From Mobula hypostoma (lineage: Eukaryota): a stretch of 64,000 nt of DNA. A program made the position numbers and the translations under genes. Numbering within the stretch: position 1 is the first letter of the stretch; the number at the start of each line of letters is the position of its first letter. Of the stretch, positions 59,884 through 64,000 are shown piece by piece. Below the pieces are notes generated by a model. It worked only from the letters and a program-made list of their open reading frames with translations. It was not told the origin of the DNA and made no database searches. The stretch covers positions 225,992,001-226,056,000 of the forward strand of contig NC_086097.1 in NCBI RefSeq assembly GCF_963921235.1, given 5' to 3'.

Positions 59884-60610
59884 AAAACACGGACACGAGG
59901 AAATCTGCAGATGCTGGAAATTCAAGCAACACACTCAAAAAATGCTGGGGAACGCAGCAGGCCAGGCAGCATCTATAGGAAGAGGTACAGTCGACATTTC
60001 GGGCCGGAACCCTTTGTCAGGATGAAGTGAAAGAAGAGATAGTAAGAGATTTGGAAGTGGGAGGGGGAGGGGGAGATCCGAAATGATAGGAGAAGACAGG
60101 AGGGGAGGGCTGGATCTAAGAGCTGGAAACTTGATTGGCAAAAGGGATACCAGACTGGAGAAGGGAGAGGATCAGTGATGGGAAGCCTGGGGAGAGAGAG
60201 AAGGGTGGAGAGCAGGCAAGGAGTTACAGTGAGAGGGACAGAGGGAGAAAAAAGAGAGAGGAAAAAAGGGGGAAAAAATAAAAAATATATTAAGTAAGTA
60301 AATAAGGGATGGGGTGTGAAGGGGAGGAGGGGCATTAACGGAAGTTAGGGAAGTCAGTATTCATGCCATCAGGTTGGAGGCTACCCAGAGGAATGTGTTG
60401 TTCCTCCAACCTGAGTGTGGCTTCATCGTGACAGTAGAGGAGGCCATGGATTGACATATCACAATGGGAATGGGATGTGGAATTAAAATGTGTGGCCACT
60501 GGGAGATCTTGCTTTCTCTAGTGGACAGAGCGTAGGTGTTCAGCAAAACAGCCTCCCAGCCTGCGTCGGGTCTCGCCAATATGCAGAAGGCTGCACCGGG
60601 AGCACCGGAC
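59884..60610 (-). mobile_element. PLE fragment with GIY-YIG endonuclease C-terminal half and 3' UTR
   Basis: Minus strand translates VRCSRCSLLHIGETRRRLGGCFAEHLRSVH*RKQDLPVATHFNSTSH...RLEEQH. Mutated hammerhead (CTGACAA) at 59989-60024. Confidence 0.88.
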
Positions 60611-62882
60611 TCATTTGTCAGTTTTTGTGACCGCAGATCGAAAAATCAATGTAGTTTTTCATTGATTCTACTGTGTTTCTTTGTTCAACTGCGAATGCCT
60701 ACAAGAAAATGAATCTCTGTGTAATACATGGTGACATATTTGTACTTTGCTAATAAGTTCACTTTAGATTTGCAGTCTTTGGATCAGAAAAAAGCACACA
60801 GATCGAGCCCAGAGTGATGTCAGGAACACAGTAGAATAAACAGATGTGGAAGAACACATACTAAATGATATTTACAACAGAGGCAGGGATAGAAGACTAC
60901 AGTGGACTTAAAACAGCAATTAAGCTGAGTGGTCAGTTTGTTGTAATGAATATTGACACCACAGCACCTTGCTCATTAGTGTGAAGAGACACTTACAGGC
61001 ACAGCTTTACCCAGATCTTATTAACTAGGAGCAGTGCCCAAAAGTGTGTATATTTCGAAGAAGAGCAGAGAAATTAGCAGAAGTGAGGGGAACTGCTCAT
61101 GCTGACAGAGAAGTGTGCTTCCATCAACTGTGGCAGTCTAAATTAAGAAGCTGACAGTTCTGGCCATAAGTAGGTATCAAAATAGGAGGAGAGTCTATGT
61201 CAGAGAGTTCTGCTTGAGACAATGATGTGAACAGTGACCTTGCCCTCTCTGGTAAGTGGGACCACTCTCCTAAGACTTCAGGGAAATCCTTTTGAAACCA
61301 ATTGGAAAGCTAGGGCCAAGTGTTGAAGTCAACAAGGAGCTTTAATATTTCCACTGGGCTAGATGAAATGCCAGCAAGATTGCTATTTGCGTTGATCCGA
61401 TCGTAGATATACAGCATGTCAACCATGTTGTTTGTTGGGCACCTGGCTACACTATGCTATTTGTCTTTAGTAATGAAATATTTAAGTCACCGTAAGAAGA
61501 TGAGAAAGGCACCTACAGAGGGAAAAGGCTTTGAAATAAGAGAGAACCAAGATGTTCTGGGATCTGGGGTAATGCCACAGAACAACACAGAAGGTTAAAT
61601 TTGCCTGTAAGAATGTTAAGAACTTCAGCCATGAAAATAATGGCCACAAATCAAAGAACTGTGATTTGTGAAAAACTCATTACTGTGACAAAGGAATAGA
61701 ATATTCAGTGTTTATAAGCGTGGGCATTCTGAGAGAGAAGATCAATACTGGCTGCAAAACATAAAAATAAAATCCACAAGAGTCAAGAAGACTGGAAACG
61801 ATATTGAAAGGAATATGATTGCGTTTGTGATCAATTTAACAAATGTTAATGTGGATTGTAAGCCAATATCTGGATCTTTGCAGCTTTGAAAAATCAAGAG
61901 ATAATAATGGGCTAATTTAGAAATTGCATCTTTCGCAATAGAAATATGGATGGACTGATTACTATTACAGAAACTAGGAGCACGTGATAATAGTCTAATC
62001 AGGTACCTGGATGTATGTGAATGTAAGTTTATTGTATGTAGATATATGATACCGAGCTCCATAAAATTGTATTGCATGGGAACGTTGCTTCCTGGTTTAT
62101 TATTTTGTACTCAACACATATTCAAAGGACCTGGTATGTGAACAATAATGGCTACATCCCATACCAGGAATCTAGATGTCACTTCTCTTACAGGATGATG
62201 TTGTAACTCACATGTTGTCTCTGAGTTTATGAGTTAACATCTATCACTGATCCAATGAATTTCTATAAGAAATGCAGAAGCTCTTCCAGTTCAATAAGAT
62301 CAACAGCACTATTTAAGTGACACATCCTCATATAATACCCAAAATTTTGTTAAATATTCTATACAAAAATGAAAGCTGTTGTATCAGGCTATTACGTACT
62401 TGTTATTTTAATACACCTGTTCCAGGTTTCTATCTCAAGAAATGGTCCATTAAAATGTTTATGCTTCATCTATCTAACATCTAGAATATACTGCAAAGAA
62501 CCATGTCATAAGCAGTAAACTGATTACTAGAGGAAGTCTCTCTGCAGTATGCCAAAGTAATAAATTCATAAGGTAACACTGGGGAGTTATGGCCCAGTTA
62601 TTGAATTGAATGGTGCTGAATTTCTGAGGAAGAGTACGTGTTTTTGCTCTTATATTGTGCATTTAATACATTTCACCAAAGTGAATTTATATAATCTTTT
62701 CTTCCTTTTCATGATCATCAAGCATGAGATTGTATTTACTAAATGTTCAATTAGAATCATTATTTCTAGAGGTACATTTCTCTTTTTTGTATTGTATTGT
62801 TTATTTCTCCTTCCATTTGTTATCTGAATGCATTTTCTTTTCCTTGTTGCATTCCATCATTTTCACCTTCTCTTTGCTTAGG

Positions 62883-64000
62883 TAGAACATAGAACAAAGA
62901 ACATAGAATATCGAACAGTATAGCACAGGAACAAGCCCTTCACCCACAATATTGTGCCGAATCAATTAAACTAGTAATCAAATTGCGAACTAATCACTTC
63001 TACCTACACAAGGACCATTTCCCTCCATTATTTTTCGTATTCTTGTGCCTATCTAAATGTCTCTTAGAAGTTTAATGTATCTGCCACTGCCACCATCCTA
63101 GGCAGTGCATTCCAGCACCCACCAATCTCTGCAAAAAAACTTTCCCCTCAAAACTTCTTTGAAATTACCCACCCCTCCCCCTCACCTTATATGGGTGCCC
63201 TCTGAAATTTAAATTTCAACCCTTGGAAAAATATACTTTCTGTCTATCTATGCCTTTCATAATCTTATAAACTCTATCAATTGGGGAATTGAGTACAAGA
63301 GCAAATGTCAAAAGATTGGAGCGACTGTGCTTGTATACTCTGGAATTTAGAAGGCTGAGAGGGGATCTTATTGAAACATATAAGATTATTAAGGGATTGG
63401 ACACGCTGGAGGCAGGAAGCATGTTCCCACTGATGGGTGAGTCCAGAACCAGAGGCTACAGTTTAAGAATAAGGGTTAGGCCATTTAGAACGGAGTTGAG
63501 GAAAAACTTTTTCACCCAGAGAGTGGTGGATGTATGGAATGCTCTGCCCCAGAAGGCTGTGGAGGCCAAGTCTCTGGATGCTTTCAAGAAAGAGATGGAT
63601 AGAGCTCTTAAAGATAGTGGAATCAAAGGTTATGGGGATAAGGCAGGAACTGGATACTGATTGTGGATGATCAGCCATGATCACAGTGAATGGCGGTGCT
63701 GGCTCAAAGGGCCGAATGGCCTACTCCTGCACCTATTGTCTATTGTCCTCTGAGCCTCCACTGCTCCAGAAAAAACAACTCAAGTTGTCCAACCAATTGT
63801 TATAGTACATGTCCTCTAATCCAGGCCAAAACTTCAACATCCTTCCTATAATGGTGTGACCAGAACTGTATGCAATATTCTGGTTGCAGCCTAAATGGAA
63901 ATTTTTAAAGCTGTAACGTAACTTCCTGACTTTAGGACTCACTGCCTCAACTAGTAAAGGCAAGCATGCCGTATGCCTTTTTTGACCACCTTGTCAACTT
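62883..64000 (-). mobile_element. CR1 3' part, interrupted by an antisense CR1
   Basis: (AGAACAT)n tail at 62883; homologous to 21264-22060. Confidence 0.8.
63283..63746 (+). mobile_element. Young CR1 3' fragment with internal deletion
   Basis: YTLEFRRLRGDLIETYK...FFTQRVVDVWNALP; ATTGTCTATTGT tail; near-identical to 50175-50615. Confidence 0.9.

Noticed and set aside
1..64000. CRISPR array, prokaryotic retron or group II intron systems, tRNA/rRNA genes, endogenous virus
   Set aside because: No repeat-spacer periodicity; all RT motifs are eukaryotic non-LTR types; tRNA-like boxes occur only in decayed SINE heads; no gag, integrase or viral ORFs recognised.

Overview
Eukaryotic (vertebrate) genomic DNA, most likely a cartilaginous fish (ray/skate-like). 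This assignment is inferred only from the repeat spectrum: many CR1 LINE subfamilies, Rex1/Babar, RTE, L1-clade, V-SINE-like SINEs, Penelope-like elements (PLEs), and Tc1/mariner and hAT-type MITEs. More than half of the window is decayed, often nested transposons. I could not identify an intact host protein-coding gene, tRNA/rRNA gene or CRISPR array. Nearly every recognisable ORF in the track is a retroelement fragment, a chimera or an antisense shadow. The most informative structure is non-coding. (1) A young PLE family carries a 36-nt minimal type-I hammerhead ribozyme motif (about 7 recognisable copies). It repeatedly inserts as inverted two-arm structures with 11-17 bp target-site duplications (TSDs), and two independent insertions share the same inversion junction. 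(2) Two RTE-clade 5' ends show partial HDV-like pseudoknot signatures. (3) A TSD-bounded RTE/CR1/RTE composite is present. (4) There is a CpG-rich, YY1-headed non-autonomous retroelement. (5) There is a mariner-derived fold-back. One plausible host exon (40349-40470) and one weak micro-exon (16562-16600) are flagged. All coordinates were read by eye; element ends without TSDs are approximate.
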